IMG/VR virus record: IMGVR_UViG_3300032373_000846
Location: 1-38,135 of that record
Source: a virus
Lineage: Duplodnaviria > Caudoviricetes
DNA: 38,135 bases
Strand: one strand, 5' to 3'
Below are positions 17,059 to 25,133 of the stretch, piece by piece; the first letter of the stretch is position 1; each line of letters begins with the position of its first letter. The notes below the pieces were generated by a model. It saw nothing but the letters and a program-made list of their open reading frames with translations. It was not told where the DNA came from and ran no database searches. Position numbers and translations under genes: made by a program.

Positions 17059-17580
17059 TCAGCCCTCCTCAGGTCGTGCCCACTCGGGCAGCAGGTCAGC
17101 GTCCAGCGTCACCGGGTACAGTCCCAGGCGTCCCTTCACCGGCACCGGCTCGGCCAGCCACGCCGCGCAGCTCAGGAAGGCCAGCCACCGCCCAACGGGA
17201 TCACCAAAGCAGGCCTCACGCTGCAACATGGCGATCGCGGTCTCCCCGCAGAACATGGCCAGAGTCAGCGCCGTGAGCGTGTCCTGCCAGTAGGGGTATT
17301 CGTTCATGGGCACAACCGGCTTGCCGACCGCCTGGACGTACACCACGCCCAGCACCACCCCACGGGGGTATCGCTCCCACCCATCGGGCTGCTGCCAGTC
17401 GTAGCGGTCACGACCCCACTCATCCAGCGCCGCCCCCTTACCCTGACTCGCGGCGATCAGCAGCGGACCGCGGTGCTTTGAGAGGACACCAGATGTCCGG
17501 GTCTCGATGGTCTTGACGCCAGCCACGACGAGGGACGCGTAGGGCTGGCGCAGGGAGAGGCACTTCAGGGTGATGGTCAT
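17059..17580 (-). CDS. ASCH domain protein
   Basis: 'LSLRQPYASLVVAGVKTIETR' and 'PVPVKGRLGLY' ASCH signatures. Confidence 0.85.
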   Translation of the reverse strand: MTITLKCLSLRQPYASLVVAGVKTIETRTSGVLSKHRGPLLIAASQGKGAALDEWGRDRYDWQQPDGWERYPRGVVLGVVYVQAVGKPVVPMNEYPYWQDTLTALTLAMFCGETAIAMLQREACFGDPVGRWLAFLSCAAWLAEPVPVKGRLGLYPVTLDADLLPEWARPEEG

Positions 17581-17584
17581 CGTC

Positions 17585-18022
17585 TCAGCCCTCCTCGGGA
17601 CCGCTGGGGAGCGGCATCCAGTGGGTGTAGGTGATGCCGATTTCCTTGCTCATCCGGTGGACCGCGGAGTTCCACGTCTGCATCGAGACGCACCCCTTCG
17701 TCCCAGGCGAGACAGCCCAGACGATCACGGCGTCACCCTCGGTGGGCGCGCTCTCGCCCTCCACGGGCCTCCAGCCGTGCGGCCCCTGGTGCTCCATCTC
17801 GCAGACGGCGTACCCGTTGATGTCGTTCTGGACGAGGGCCAGGACCGCCGCGTCGTCATCGAGGCCGGCGCCGGACATATCGTGCACCTCCTCGCGGAAG
17901 GCCCGGAGGCGCACCACCTCGTCGAAGAGGGCGCAGGCGTCGACCGTGGCCGGGTCCGCCGGGCCCTGCGTCGTGCGCGCCATGAGGCGGTCGCGGATCT
18001 GTGTCAGCCGTTCGTTGTCCAT
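17585..18022 (-). CDS. Phage protein with DUF551-like C-terminus
   Basis: 'GWRPV...P' and terminal 'THWMPLPSGP'. Confidence 0.7.
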   Translation of the reverse strand: MDNERLTQIRDRLMARTTQGPADPATVDACALFDEVVRLRAFREEVHDMSGAGLDDDAAVLALVQNDINGYAVCEMEHQGPHGWRPVEGESAPTEGDAVIVWAVSPGTKGCVSMQTWNSAVHRMSKEIGITYTHWMPLPSGPEEG

Positions 18023-18031
18023 GGTCCTCTC

Positions 18032-18541
18032 TCAGAAGGGCGCCGAAGCGCTGGTCAGGGGGTGCTCAAAGTCGCCGGTGTCGTCGCAGTCGCCGTCGAC
18101 CTTCCAGGCCGGACCCTCGCTCCAGGTCGGCGGGTAGCCACTGTCGAGCTCTCCGGTGTGGTCGACGGGGTTGTTGTCGTGGGCGCGGTGGTAGCCGTCA
18201 CCGTGGACGCCGAGGTCGTCGTCGTCGCAGTCGTTGTCGTGCTGGATGCGGACAGGGCCGCCGTAGCCGAGATCGATGACGTCGTGGCCGTCGTCGCAGT
18301 CTGTGGGCAGGTCCAGCCCCCACATCCAGCCGCCAGGCGCGAAGGGGTCGTCAGCCCTGTCGTCGCAGTCATCGCCCACCGGCGCGTGTTGGCGCAGCAC
18401 AGACGCCAGCGCATCGAACCGCTCGCAGCCCGGCTCGTGCTCAGGGACACGACCGTAGAAGTCCGGGGGCTCTCCGCACGCCAACACGGTGTACTCGTAC
18501 ATGCAGCCCGCGCAGTCGTTGCCGTCGCAGTCGGTGATCAC
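18032..18541 (-). CDS. Acidic Cys/Asp-rich protein with repeated DCDD motifs
   Basis: TDCDG, DDCDD, TDCDD, NDCDD, GDCDD; GTGA overlap with the upstream gene. Confidence 0.55.
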   Translation of the reverse strand: MITDCDGNDCAGCMYEYTVLACGEPPDFYGRVPEHEPGCERFDALASVLRQHAPVGDDCDDRADDPFAPGGWMWGLDLPTDCDDGHDVIDLGYGGPVRIQHDNDCDDDDLGVHGDGYHRAHDNNPVDHTGELDSGYPPTWSEGPAWKVDGDCDDTGDFEHPLTSASAPF

Positions 18542-20433
18542 TTCGCCGCCCTCCGCTCAGTCCACAGGTCCGCGCCCAGCTCGGCGACGGCGGCGGCCTG
18601 GACCTGCTCCAGCCGACCGTCGAGCAGCTCCAGGGCGTGCCCTCGGGCGTCCGGCCAGCCGATGCCGGCCACCGCCGCCAGCAGCAGTCCGCGGCGGTCC
18701 TGCTGCGGCAGCTGGAGCACCGGGTCGCCCGCGTCGCGCAGGGCCAGGAGGTCCCGCACCTCGGCCAGCAGGCCGCCCCAGGTCTCCTCGCCCTCGATGC
18801 CGAGGACGCGCGCCAGAGCCTTGGTGTGGGTGTCCACCGCTGCCCGCCTGTGCTCCTGGCTGCGGAGCTGGAGATTTTCCAGCATGTCCATCGCGGCGGC
18901 GGTGGTCTGCCCGGCGGCGCGGCTGGGCGGGCTGGCGCTGGGGTCGTCCAGGCTGTCGAGCAGCTGACTGATGCCGGCGAGGTCGGCGGTGCGCTCGCGG
19001 ACGGTATCGATCACCGTGTGCCAGTCGGGCGGGGTCGGCTCGGTCTCCAGCCCGGCCCCAGCAGCGACCTCGTGCCACAGCTGGTTCCGTTCCGCTTCCA
19101 GCTCAGCAATGCGCGCCTCCAGGGCGGCAGTGTCGGGGGTTGGCGCTTTCGCCAACCTCGGCTTGGCGCGACGCTTCCGACGCTTGCCGATGCCCACCAG
19201 ATCGATCACCTCGTACTTCCGGGCGCTGTTCTCATGGGCCTTGCAGAGCCCGCTCCCTCGACGCTCCCGAGGGCAGTCCTTCAGGATGCACTGGTCCTCT
19301 CGCCAGGCGCTCCGCGGCGGACGGATGAGCGCGCCCCGGCGACGCTTTGTGCTGCCTGCGCGAAAGGTGATCACCAGGCGTCCGTCGTGGTCGGCGGGGT
19401 CGCCGTCAACGTGGTAGTCGGCGGCGCTGGCGTCGACGGCCTGCTCGGCGGGGGTGCGGTTGTCCATGTTGGGCTCCAGGGCGATGAGGGGGAGGTCGGT
19501 GACGGTGAGGCGCAGGCGGCGCAGGGTCCGGGCGTGGCCCTCGCAGGCACCGCGATCAGCGGCAGGGCGATGACAGGCGGTGCCGTCGCCGTAGAGGACA
19601 GGACAGCGGCCGGCGGGGGCGTCCCAACGCTGCCGGGTCTTCGTGAGTGCGCGACCGTTCCAGGAGACCGGCGCCGGCGGGGGTGCGTCTGTCAGCCACC
19701 CGGTGATCCGCTGGATGGCCTGCTGCTCCAGCTGGCGGACGCGCTCCCGGGACAGCGACAGCGGCGCGGCGATCGCGGCGAGCGAGAGCCCTTGGAGGCG
19801 GCCCTCGAGCACGGCACGCTCTCTCTCAGGCAGGCGTTCGATCAAGGCGCGGACCCGGGCGCGCTGACGGGTGTCGTCCAGCAGCTCGTCGAGCGGCCGG
19901 GCGCCGGCGGGCAGCAGGTCGCGGCCGGTGGTGTCGGTGCCGTCGTAGAGGGGCTTGTCCAAGCGGACGGCGGTGCTACGGGCGTTCAGGATGGCCTGCA
20001 ACCCCTCGGCGCTGTGGCCGGTGGCCTCGGCGGCGTCGTCCAGGGTGCCGCCCTCGGCGAGCACGCGACGGGTGACGTGGTGGAGGTGGGCGTGACCTTG
20101 CGGGGTGTCCACCGCATCGCCGCGGTTCTCGGGGGCGCGGCCGATCGCGCCCTTCAGGTGCCAGCTTGCCCAGGTCATCAATCCTGCGCGCTCGGGGTCC
20201 CATGTGTGGGCCCGCTCCACCAGATGGGCGAGCGCGTGCTGGGTCAGATCGTCGGCCTGGTCGTTGTCACCACGGGAAACCCGCCACGCCCTCTTCCGGG
20301 CGTAGTCGGCCACCGCCAGCGCCAGCCGCCAGCGGGCCGCCAGCGCGGCGTCGGTGTCACCCCGGGCCTCGGCCTCGGCGAGCTCGCCGGCGACGGCCTT
20401 CGCGGCGTCGAAGGTCAGGCGGTGAGCGGTCAT
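18538..20433 (-). CDS. Sigma-70-family factor fused to CCCH zinc-motif and coiled-coil domains
   Basis: Region 2 'DDLTQHA..HLVERAHTWDPERAGLMTWASWHLKGAI'; region 3 'VRLDKPL'; region 4 'LPERERAVL...SLAAIAAPLSLSRERVRQLEQQA'; likely start ATG 20433 (631 aa), not 20913. Confidence 0.8.
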   Translation of the reverse strand: MTAHRLTFDAAKAVAGELAEAEARGDTDAALAARWRLALAVADYARKRAWRVSRGDNDQADDLTQHALAHLVERAHTWDPERAGLMTWASWHLKGAIGRAPENRGDAVDTPQGHAHLHHVTRRVLAEGGTLDDAAEATGHSAEGLQAILNARSTAVRLDKPLYDGTDTTGRDLLPAGARPLDELLDDTRQRARVRALIERLPERERAVLEGRLQGLSLAAIAAPLSLSRERVRQLEQQAIQRITGWLTDAPPPAPVSWNGRALTKTRQRWDAPAGRCPVLYGDGTACHRPAADRGACEGHARTLRRLRLTVTDLPLIALEPNMDNRTPAEQAVDASAADYHVDGDPADHDGRLVITFRAGSTKRRRGALIRPPRSAWREDQCILKDCPRERRGSGLCKAHENSARKYEVIDLVGIGKRRKRRAKPRLAKAPTPDTAALEARIAELEAERNQLWHEVAAGAGLETEPTPPDWHTVIDTVRERTADLAGISQLLDSLDDPSASPPSRAAGQTTAAAMDMLENLQLRSQEHRRAAVDTHTKALARVLGIEGEETWGGLLAEVRDLLALRDAGDPVLQLPQQDRRGLLLAAVAGIGWPDARGHALELLDGRLEQVQAAAVAELGADLWTERRAAK

Positions 20434-20711
20434 CGCGGCGCCCTCGGCAGCACGCGCAGGTCCAGGATGTCGACGCCCTCCCGGGCGAGCAGGGACTGGT
20501 GGCTGCGGCAGACGCCTGCGTTCTTGCCGGTCTTCGACGCCTTGCGCGGACACTGGCCCCGGTACGCGCGGGCGTTCGGGTCGTAGAGGTGACAGCGGCC
20601 GGCGTCGACGTCGCGGTTCCATCGCAGCCCGGCAAGGCGCTGCTGGACCTTGAGGCGCAGGCTGCGCCGGGCGCGCTCGGCAGGGCTCAGGGCGTGGTCG
20701 TAGGTGGTCAC
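20430..20711 (-). CDS. Small basic protein with C..C..CxxH motif
   Basis: GTG 20711 overlaps the upstream stop; 93 aa. Confidence 0.55.
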   Translation of the reverse strand: MTTYDHALSPAERARRSLRLKVQQRLAGLRWNRDVDAGRCHLYDPNARAYRGQCPRKASKTGKNAGVCRSHQSLLAREGVDILDLRVLPRAPR

Positions 20712-21130
20712 GCTGCGCTTCTCCTCGAGGACGGACAGGCCGCCAGCCAGTCGGCGCGGAACTGCGCGGGGCTGCGATCGCCCCGGCGGGTGTCGGTGGT
20801 GGGGTCGTGGATCTCGGGGACGGCGCCCTCGGCGAGACGCTCCAGGAAGACGAGGCGCTTCTCCCAGCTCCAAGCCGACGGCGACGGCAGCCCGCGGCAC
20901 AGGCACCACGCACAGACGATGCTGTAGTCCGGTACCAGCTGCCCGAGGTGGCTCATGAAGCCCCGACGGGTCGCGGCGTAGTGCTCGTCGGCCTTGGCGC
21001 TGCGGACGCTCCAGACGGGGTCCTGGGCGCGGTGGCGGGTGGCCTTCTGTGCGGGCGTCTCGGCCTTGCGGCGGCGCTGGTACGCGGCGGCCTCGTCCTC
21101 GAGGAAGGCGCGGGGGATACGAGCGCGCAT
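20708..21130 (-). CDS. Hypothetical protein
   Basis: ATG 21130 in TGATG coupling; 140 aa; CAWCLC motif. Confidence 0.55.
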   Translation of the reverse strand: MRARIPRAFLEDEAAAYQRRRKAETPAQKATRHRAQDPVWSVRSAKADEHYAATRRGFMSHLGQLVPDYSIVCAWCLCRGLPSPSAWSWEKRLVFLERLAEGAVPEIHDPTTDTRRGDRSPAQFRADWLAACPSSRRSAA

Positions 21131-22017
21131 CAGAACAGCGCCTCTTCCGTCTCGGCGCGCTGGGCGTCGTACCAGACCGTGAACCGCTCGCGGCCCACCG
21201 CGTCGCCATCGAGGATCCACGCCCGAGCCTTGCGCCGGGCGTCGTCGCTGTCGCTGGCGTCGAGATTGCGCCCCAGCGTGACCAGCCACGCCTTGAGCGG
21301 CGTCGCGCTCTCCAGCTGGAGCGCCTCGGCGATCTCCTCGTAGAAGGCATCGGGGCCGTAGTCCCCGTCGGGCGTGGGGGCGTCCTCCTGCCCGGCCTCG
21401 TCGGCGGCGCGGTTCTGTTCCGTGCGCCAGGTGCGCCAGCGCAGGAGCCGCTCGCGGCCGGCGCTGCTGCTCAGGTACTCGACCGCCCGGTGGCGCCCCT
21501 GGTCCGTGAGCGCGCTCAGGGGCTGCTCCTTGGCATCCTCGGCGAACTGGTCCAGCTCATCCATCGTGAGGCTGCTCGACTCGAACAGCGCCTCGTAGGC
21601 GGCTTCGGCGGTGAGGCCGGGCTCCCGCTTCTTCGCGGCGACGCGGTGGTCCGTCTCCCGCCCGGAGAGCCAGTCGGCCAGCTCCTCGGCGCTGGCGTAG
21701 CTGTCACCGATGAAGCCTGCGGCGGCCAGGGCACGCCCGGTGGCGGTCGTCTCGACCTTCTCCAGCGCCTTGTCCTGGTTGGCCTTGCCGCCGGCGAGCT
21801 GGGCGTGGCCGGTAGCGACCACGCGCCCCTGGGGGTCGGTGATGGTGGCCCGCATGCGAATCAGCCCCGGCTCGACGGCGAGCAGTTCGTGGGAGATGCC
21901 CCAGCCATCCTTCGTGGGGTGCTGCTGGCGGAACAGGGTGATCCGCAGCGGCACGGTCATGTACTCTTTGCCGTGCATGTTGAGCACGCCAGCGGTGTCG
22001 GTCTGTGTGACGGCCAT
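21130..22017 (-). CDS. Putative single-strand annealing protein (Rad52/Sak-like)
   Basis: 'GKEYMTV..R..LFRQQHP', 'ATGHA', 'ALEKVETTATGRALAAAG', 'YASAEE' motifs. Confidence 0.65.
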   Translation of the reverse strand: MAVTQTDTAGVLNMHGKEYMTVPLRITLFRQQHPTKDGWGISHELLAVEPGLIRMRATITDPQGRVVATGHAQLAGGKANQDKALEKVETTATGRALAAAGFIGDSYASAEELADWLSGRETDHRVAAKKREPGLTAEAAYEALFESSSLTMDELDQFAEDAKEQPLSALTDQGRHRAVEYLSSSAGRERLLRWRTWRTEQNRAADEAGQEDAPTPDGDYGPDAFYEEIAEALQLESATPLKAWLVTLGRNLDASDSDDARRKARAWILDGDAVGRERFTVWYDAQRAETEEALF

Positions 22018-22117
22018 GACTCTCTCTCTCGTCTGTGTGTAGTGAAAGGGTGCCGGCCCTGGTGGGAGCCTCTAAGAGCGTGAGGAGTGCGAACATCCAC
22101 GCCAGGGCCGGCGGAGG

Positions 22118-22657
22118 TTAGAAGCCGTTGCCGTCGCCGGTGCCGTCGCCGTCGCCGGTGCCGTCGCCGTCGCCGTAGTCGCCGTAGTCGCCGTCGCCGT
22201 AGCCGTAGCCGTAGCCGTAGCCGTAGCCGTTGCCGATGCTGATGCCGTAGCCGATGCTGATGCCGTAGCCGTCGCCGGTGCCGTCGCCGTCGCCGTAGCC
22301 GTCGCCGTCGCCGTAGCCGTCGCCGGTGCCGTCGCCGGTGCCGTCGCCGTAGCCGTAGCCGTAGCCGTAGCCGTTGCCGATGCCGTAGCCGTAGCCGATG
22401 CTGATGCCGTAGCCGATGCTGATGCCGTAGCCGTCGCCGTCGCCGTCGCCGTAGCCGTAGCCGTAGCCGTCGCCGTCGAGCCTGACAGTAGCGCGCAGCC
22501 ACGCCATCTCGTCGCCGCCAAGGTCCATCGCCAGCGCCTCAGACACCGGCACGGCGACCCGGCCGTCCGCCCAGCGCGCCCATGCGCCCCAGGCCCCGTC
22601 GTGACATGCCCCTGCGGCGACCAGATCGCCCACAGTGATAGCCGTCAGCGGGAGCAT
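22118..22657 (-). CDS. Gly-Tyr/Gly-Asp repeat protein
   Basis: ATG 22657 coupled to the upstream stop; about 60-aa N-terminus (AAGACHDG) then about 118 aa of G-x dipeptides. Confidence 0.7.
   Translation of the reverse strand: MLPLTAITVGDLVAAGACHDGAWGAWARWADGRVAVPVSEALAMDLGGDEMAWLRATVRLDGDGYGYGYGDGDGDGYGISIGYGISIGYGYGIGNGYGYGYGYGDGTGDGTGDGYGDGDGYGDGDGTGDGYGISIGYGISIGNGYGYGYGYGYGDGDYGDYGDGDGTGDGDGTGDGNGF
22121..22475. repeat. Degenerate hexamer tandem repeat (GCCGTC/GCCGTA/GCCGGT/GCCGAT units)
   Basis: Directly visible; encodes GD/GY/GT/GI/SI dipeptides on the minus strand. Confidence 0.95.
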
Positions 22658-22929
22658 CACAGCTGCGCCCACTCGGCGGCTGCGGTCTCGCTCAGATCCC
22701 ACACCCCGGTGATGGGGCCCATCACCGTGGCCCGCCCACAGGCAGGGCCCACCTTGCAGCCCTCGGGGCCGTTGGCGGCGATGCCGAGAAAGCCCTGGCC
22801 GCTCCTGAAATTGATGACGTTGCGCACGTCGGTGATGACGATCTTATCGGTGGGCTCCTGCCCAGCGTCCTCGGTGATGTGACCGACGAAGATGCCCTTG
22901 TAGCTGGTAGTGATCATGACGAGTCGCAT
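22657..22929 (-). CDS. Small phage protein, DUF6948-like
   Basis: GGAG RBS; 'VMITTSYKGIFVG...GFLGIAANGP' pattern; 90 aa. Confidence 0.6.
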   Translation of the reverse strand: MRLVMITTSYKGIFVGHITEDAGQEPTDKIVITDVRNVINFRSGQGFLGIAANGPEGCKVGPACGRATVMGPITGVWDLSETAAAEWAQL

Positions 22930-22979
22930 GTTTGCTCCGTGCCGCACAGTCGCGGCGTTGTGGTTGTGGATGAAAAGAA

Positions 22980-23102
22980 TCAGCGGAGGTGAAGGCCCAG
23001 CGGGTCCCAGGGGTCACCGCGCAGCTCGCGCTCACCGCAGCCGACGAGGACAGCCAGGGCGCAGGCCGCGCAGATGGCGATGAGCATCAGCTTGTGTCGC
23101 AT
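22980..23102 (-). CDS. 40-aa putative lipoprotein
   Basis: MRHK, hydrophobic core and LVG-C lipobox; TGATG coupling. Confidence 0.5.
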   Translation of the reverse strand: MRHKLMLIAICAACALAVLVGCGERELRGDPWDPLGLHLR

Positions 23103-23239
23103 CAGGGACTCCGCAGATAGGAGGTGTCGGGCGGGGTGTGCGGCCCGCAGCCCCGGACGACGCCGATGAACAGCGCGGCCAGGACGAAGCACAGCAGCAG
23201 CATCTCGGCCGGGGCGGGCTCGGGGACACGTGGGTTCAC
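23102..23239 (-). CDS. 45-aa membrane peptide
   Basis: GTGA overlap; LLLCFVLAALFIGVVRGC hydrophobic segment. Confidence 0.45.
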   Translation of the reverse strand: MNPRVPEPAPAEMLLLCFVLAALFIGVVRGCGPHTPPDTSYLRSP

Positions 23240-23385
23240 AGCGGCCCCCAGGTCGCCGCCTCGGCAGCGGCCAGCCCCAGCACCAGGCCGAGGCCGCCGA
23301 AGCCCAAGGCGACGACGAGGTAGGGGCCGACGCTGAGCAGCAGCGACACGGGGCCGGCGAGACGGCCGAGGGAGGGCGCGGTCAT
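23236..23385 (-). CDS. 49-aa membrane peptide
   Basis: ATGA overlap, GGAGG RBS; MTAPSLGRLAGPVSLLLSVGPYLVVALGFGGLGLVLGLAAAEAATWGPL. Confidence 0.5.
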   Translation of the reverse strand: MTAPSLGRLAGPVSLLLSVGPYLVVALGFGGLGLVLGLAAAEAATWGPL

Positions 23386-23582
23386 CCCCACACCTCCAGC
23401 GCTGCGTCCTGGGCGGCCGCCTGGGCGGTGTCCAGGTCAGCGGCGACACCCCGAGTGGGGCCGTCGGTCAGGTACCAGTGGTAGCGGCCGCCGCGCACCT
23501 CGATGCGGGCGATAGCCGTCCACTGTGCGTGCACGTAGAGCAGCCACGCGGGGCCGTCGGTGACCCACCGGAGCCCCCTCAC
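23382..23582 (-). CDS. 66-aa hypothetical protein
   Basis: GTGA overlap with the upstream stop; ends 'ADLDTAQAAAQDA'. Confidence 0.5.
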   Translation of the reverse strand: MRGLRWVTDGPAWLLYVHAQWTAIARIEVRGGRYHWYLTDGPTRGVAADLDTAQAAAQDAALEVWG

Positions 23583-24406
23583 GATGCCATCCGGCGGGCG
23601 GCCGTGGAGGTGCGGCGAGCCTCCCGGGCACCCTGCGAGCGGCTGTAGTTGCCGGGGGCGGTGGGTCGGATGAGCGCCACGAGCGTCGGGTGGAGGGGCT
23701 GGCCGACGTGGTCCACGAACAAGAAGCGGGCGTTGCGCTGGGCCCAGCGCCAGAGGTAGCGGCTGTACCGCTGCTCGATCTCGATGCGGCTGGCATCGGT
23801 CTTGGCCCAGGTGCGGCGACGGGCGAGGCCCGTGGTGTGGTTGGCGGCCCCGGCGGGGTTCAGCTCGGCCCACAGGGCGGTGACCCGGTCGCGCCACTGC
23901 GCGGCCAGGAAGACCAGCGTGAGGGCGTCCTGGAACCCCTCGGCGAGCGACGGGTAGGCGCGCATGGCGCCGGCGAGGCGCTCGGCGTGGAGGCGCAGGT
24001 CGAAGGGCAGCGCGGCGATGCGGGCGTCGTTGGTGGCGACGATCGCGGCCAGCTCGGCGTCGAGTTCGGCAGGGCTGCTGCCCTCGCGGTCCTCGTCCTC
24101 GGTGGGGCGGGCGCCGGGCTCGGGGGTGTAGCCCGCGTTGCTGTTGTGACAGTGACCGTCCGGGTGATCCCAGGCGGCGCGGCCGCAGCCGCCGCAGGGG
24201 GGCTCGTTGTCGCAGGCGCAGTCGTCGAAGCCGCAGGCGCCGCAGTGGTTGGGCGAGTCGGCCCAGGCGAGGCCGAGGGCGGACCAGCCTTCGGTGCTGA
24301 TGCCCTGCAGGGGCTGCTGACAGCAGGCGTCAGCAGGAAGCCGGCTTGACTCGGCTGTCGTACTGGGCTTATGTTCAGTGCATGTAACGTCTGCGGCGTT
24401 GATCAT
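23579..24406 (-). CDS. First gene of the leftward early operon; Cys-rich hypothetical protein
   Basis: ATG 24406 preceded by GGAGTACCTG; CxxC clusters (CGACGFDDCAC, CGGCG); 275 aa. Confidence 0.6.
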   Translation of the reverse strand: MINAADVTCTEHKPSTTAESSRLPADACCQQPLQGISTEGWSALGLAWADSPNHCGACGFDDCACDNEPPCGGCGRAAWDHPDGHCHNSNAGYTPEPGARPTEDEDREGSSPAELDAELAAIVATNDARIAALPFDLRLHAERLAGAMRAYPSLAEGFQDALTLVFLAAQWRDRVTALWAELNPAGAANHTTGLARRRTWAKTDASRIEIEQRYSRYLWRWAQRNARFLFVDHVGQPLHPTLVALIRPTAPGNYSRSQGAREARRTSTAARRMAS

Positions 24407-24417
24407 CAGGTACTCCA

Positions 24418-24475
24418 TACGACTTTCTGTCATATAGGTACCCCATCGGCTCAGCGTTTACAACAATTAGTCATA
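24418..24475. promoter_or_regulatory. Leftward operator region (OL-like), two 17-bp quasi-palindromes
   Basis: TACGAC-tttct-GTCATA (24418-24434) and TACAAC-aatta-GTCATA (24459-24475) in AT-rich DNA. Confidence 0.65.
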
Positions 24476-24493
24476 CTTTTTTTGAGGCATGGG

Positions 24494-24709
24494 ATGGCAG
24501 GGGAACTGATCGACCTCCAAAGGGTGCGAGCACGACGGCGCGACCCCAGCCTCAAGCTGGCGCAGGTGCGCCGCAGGCTGACTCGACTATCAGACGAGGA
24601 TGTGCGCTCCGTGGAGCTGCTGCTGGACCGCCTGGAGGCTCAGACGGCTTCGGCGTCCGCGGTTGCCGCGGTGGGCTCGCTCTCGCCGTACTCCTCTTCC
24701 AACACCTGA
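24494..24709 (+). CDS. Small helical protein convergent with the repressor (candidate antirepressor)
   Basis: GAGG RBS then ATG 24494; 71 aa; hydrophobic pattern matches the repressor C-terminal region. Confidence 0.5.
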   Translation: MAGELIDLQRVRARRRDPSLKLAQVRRRLTRLSDEDVRSVELLLDRLEAQTASASAVAAVGSLSPYSSSNT

Positions 24710-25044
24710 AGGTCTGACAGCCAGAGCTTGCGGTCCTTGCGGGTGAGGCGGGGCAGCAGAGCCACGAACCGAGCAGCCAGCTCGGTATCGCCATCGTCAA
24801 GATCGGCGAGCAGTTGCGCGAGGTCGCGGCGCTTTGTGCCTGCCGGCACCAGGTCAACAACCAGCGCGTAGCCCAGCACGCCCGCCCACGCGTCTAGGTT
24901 CTCCAGACTGGTCTCGCGCTTGCCCTTCTCGAGCAGGCTGACCTGTGACTGTGAGACGCCCACAGCGCCCGCCACGACCTCTTGCTTGAGGCGTAGGTCG
25001 TCGCGTCGTTTCTTTAGGCGCAGAGCCAGACTCGTGAATCTCAT
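24640..25044 (-). CDS. XRE-family HTH immunity repressor (cI-like, no peptidase domain)
   Basis: 'LKKRR..LRLKQEVVAGAVGVSQSQVSLLEKGKRETSLENL'; divergent from the cro-like gene; likely start ATG 25044. Confidence 0.85.
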   Translation of the reverse strand: MRFTSLALRLKKRRDDLRLKQEVVAGAVGVSQSQVSLLEKGKRETSLENLDAWAGVLGYALVVDLVPAGTKRRDLAQLLADLDDGDTELAARFVALLPRLTRKDRKLWLSDLQVLEEEYGESEPTAATADAEAV

Positions 25045-25068
25045 GCCCACAGAGTAGGCCGGGACGCT

Positions 25069-25122
25069 TACGACTTTTAGTGGTACGAATTCTGTCATGC
25101 GTATACATTGCTAATAGTCATA
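25069..25122. promoter_or_regulatory. Rightward operator region (OR-like)
   Basis: TACGAC-tttta-GTGGTA (25069-25085), TACGAA-ttct-GTCATG (25084-25099) and half-site GTCATA (25117-25122) between divergent HTH genes. Confidence 0.6.
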
Positions 25123-25133
25123 CGGAGCACCTG

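Noticed and set aside
20434-20913. N-terminal 160 aa of the 791-aa ORF call
   Set aside because: Overlaps two better-supported coupled genes; the sigma-like protein most plausibly starts at ATG 20433.
22121-22475. Possible CRISPR array
   Set aside because: Contiguous 6-bp coding repeats with no unique spacers and no cas genes; the 29784 repeats are likewise iteron-like.
22072-22521. ATATAT- and RRRR-rich ORFs over the hexamer repeat
   Set aside because: Alternative frames of the same repeat; only the Gly-X frame has a coupled start and a sensible N-terminal domain.
24350-24380. TTATGTTCAGT resembling the XerD arm of a dif site
   Set aside because: No convincing XerC arm at the right spacing, it lies within a probable CDS, and the phage has its own integrase.
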